NCBI RefSeq assembly: GCF_963921235.1
Contig: NC_086097.1
Coordinates: 242,174,001 to 242,238,000, forward strand
Reading direction: 5' to 3'
DNA from: Mobula hypostoma
Taxonomy: Eukaryota
Length of the DNA stretch: 64,000 nt
Shown: in pieces, positions 62,205 to 64,000 of the stretch
Position numbering within the stretch: position 1 is the first letter of the stretch
How the letters are laid out: every line of letters starts with the position of its first letter
Notes under the pieces: model-generated
Seen by the model: only the letters and a program-made list of their open reading frames with translations
Told to the model about the DNA's origin: nothing
Database searches by the model: none
Made by a program: the position numbers and the translations under genes

Positions 62205-62710
62205 CACACACAAAACGCTGGAGGAACTCAGCAGTTCATGTAGAATCTATAGAAATGAATAAACAGCTGATGTTTCAGGCCAAGATCATTTTCAGGACTG
62301 GAAAAGGAAGGGGGAAGATGCCAGAAGGAAAAGGTGTGGGGGGAATGGAAAGAGGCTAGCTGGAAGGTGATAGGAGAAGCCAGGTGGGTGGGAAAGGTCA
62401 AGGCATGGGGAGGAAGGAATCTGATAGGACAGGAGAATGGACCATAGGAGAAAGGGAAAGAGGAGGGGGACGTGGGGGAGATGATAGGCAGGTGAGGAGA
62501 AGAGGTAAGAGGCAAGAATGAGGGATAGAAGAAGAGGGAAGTGGTGAGGAAAAAAAAGAAAAAAATTTACTGGAAGGAGAAATCGATGTTAATGCCATTA
62601 GGTTGGAGGCTACCCAGACAGAATATGACGTGTTGCTCTTCCACCCTCATCATGGCAAAAGAAGAGACAATGGACCAACTTATTGGAACGAGAATGCGTT
62701 TAGAAATTAA
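62205..62710 (-). mobile_element. Penelope pLTR/3' fragment
   Basis: EEQHVIFCLGSLQPNGINIDFS; degenerate hammerhead at about 62264-62300. Confidence 0.82.
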
Positions 62711-64000
62711 AAATGCTATCACGATGGAAGTGCACAATATTATGAGATGTGGTAATAGGTTGGATAGCCAGAGTTTGCTTCCTCTTTTAGGAGTGTCTAG
62801 AATGAGTGGTCTTAGGTTGAATGTGAGAGGGAGGAGAGTTTTCTCCAGGTCCTCCAGTTTCCTCCCATAGTCCGAAGACATGTCTGTTAGTAGGTTAATT
62901 GGTCATTGCAAATTGTCCTGTGATTATGCTGTGGTTAAACCTGGGGCAAATCGAGATTGCTTGTTCGTGCGGCTTGAAGAACTGAAAAGGCCTATTTGCT
63001 GCTGCATCAGAATCAGAATCAGGTTTATTATCACCGGCGTGTGTCAAGAAATTTGTTAACTTAGCAGCAGCAGTTCAATGCAATACATGATAATATGAAA
63101 ATTAAAAATATATAAGTCAATTACAGTAAGTACATATATGTATATTAAATAGATTAAAAATAGTGCTAAAACAGAAATAATATAATAACAGTGAGGTAGT
63201 GTTCAATGTCCATTTAGGAGTCGTATGGCAGAGGGAAGAAGCTGTTCCTGTATCGCTGAGTGTGTTCCTTCAGGCTTCTGTACCTCCTTCCTGATGGTAA
63301 CAATGAGAAGAGGTCACGTCCTGGGTGATGGGGGTCCTTAAAAAAGGACGTTGCCTTTCTGAGCTACCGCTCCTTGAAGCTGTCTTGGATACTGCGGAGG
63401 CTTGTACCCAAGAAGGAGTTGACTAATTTTAACTTATTAAAATTAATAATAAATTATTAATTACATAAGTTTCTGTAGCTTCTTTTGGTTCTGTACAGTA
63501 GAACACCCACCCCAGACCAGACAGCTATGCAGCCTGTCAGAATGCTCTTCACAGTTTTAGTGTTTTAGATAACAACTCAAATCTCTTCAAACTCCGAATT
63601 AAATATAGCCGCTGTCTTGCTTTCTTTATAGCTGCATGAATATGTTGGGACCATGTTAGATCCTCAGAGATCTTAACACTCAGGAAATCTCTAAAAAAAT
63701 AAATAAAGTACCTTCCTGTGCCTTGTTTGGTGCTTTGGGCAGCAAACTTGCCACTTTAGCACTCGTCTGTTTTACGAGGCCAATTTGCCAGCTCGATGCT
63801 CGACAGCAGCACAGATGGAAGGCGTGCAAGGGGTCGGCCAGATTCGAACTCGGGACCACTTGTTCCGAAGTCTGGGTGCGGGTGCCCTTACACCACCGGC
63901 ACAGCCAAAATAAAAGAAGTTACCTAATCTTCAGCCCTGACTTCTGCATTCCAACACACACTTGTGGAGATCACAGGTGGGTTGATAGCAGGCAGAGGAT

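Overview
Eukaryotic, vertebrate-type DNA, probably from a cartilaginous fish (inferred from the repeat mix: esterase-ORF1 CR1, Rex/Babar, Penelope and HE1/V-type SINEs). Most of the window is nested transposable elements: many CR1 LINE copies (one full length), RTE, L1 3' ends, Rex/Babar, Penelope copies carrying minimal hammerhead ribozymes, a Tc1 derivative, three structurally complete Gypsy-type LTR elements from three lineages (CsRn1-like, Gmr1/SCAN-like, PNMA-gag), and solo LTRs. Many target-site duplications (TSDs) are readable, so insertion order can be reconstructed. Host genes: a CpG-rich region at about 58.4-59.8 kb has two head-to-head first coding exons whose ATGs are 110 bp apart. 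On the minus strand I could hand-assemble a phase-consistent 5-exon, 111-aa ORF across about 26 kb of repeats. I recognise neither protein. Most notable: (1) a Gmr1-like LTR element with one intact 968-aa ORF that keeps Gag/SCAN and protease but only in-frame vestiges of integrase and RT; (2) a GGGAAAC slippery site plus pseudoknot in the CsRn1-like element; (3) palindromic and minimal (160 bp) hammerhead-bearing Penelope insertions with TSDs; (4) the small hidden spliced gene. Family assignments come from motif recognition only; no database search was run.
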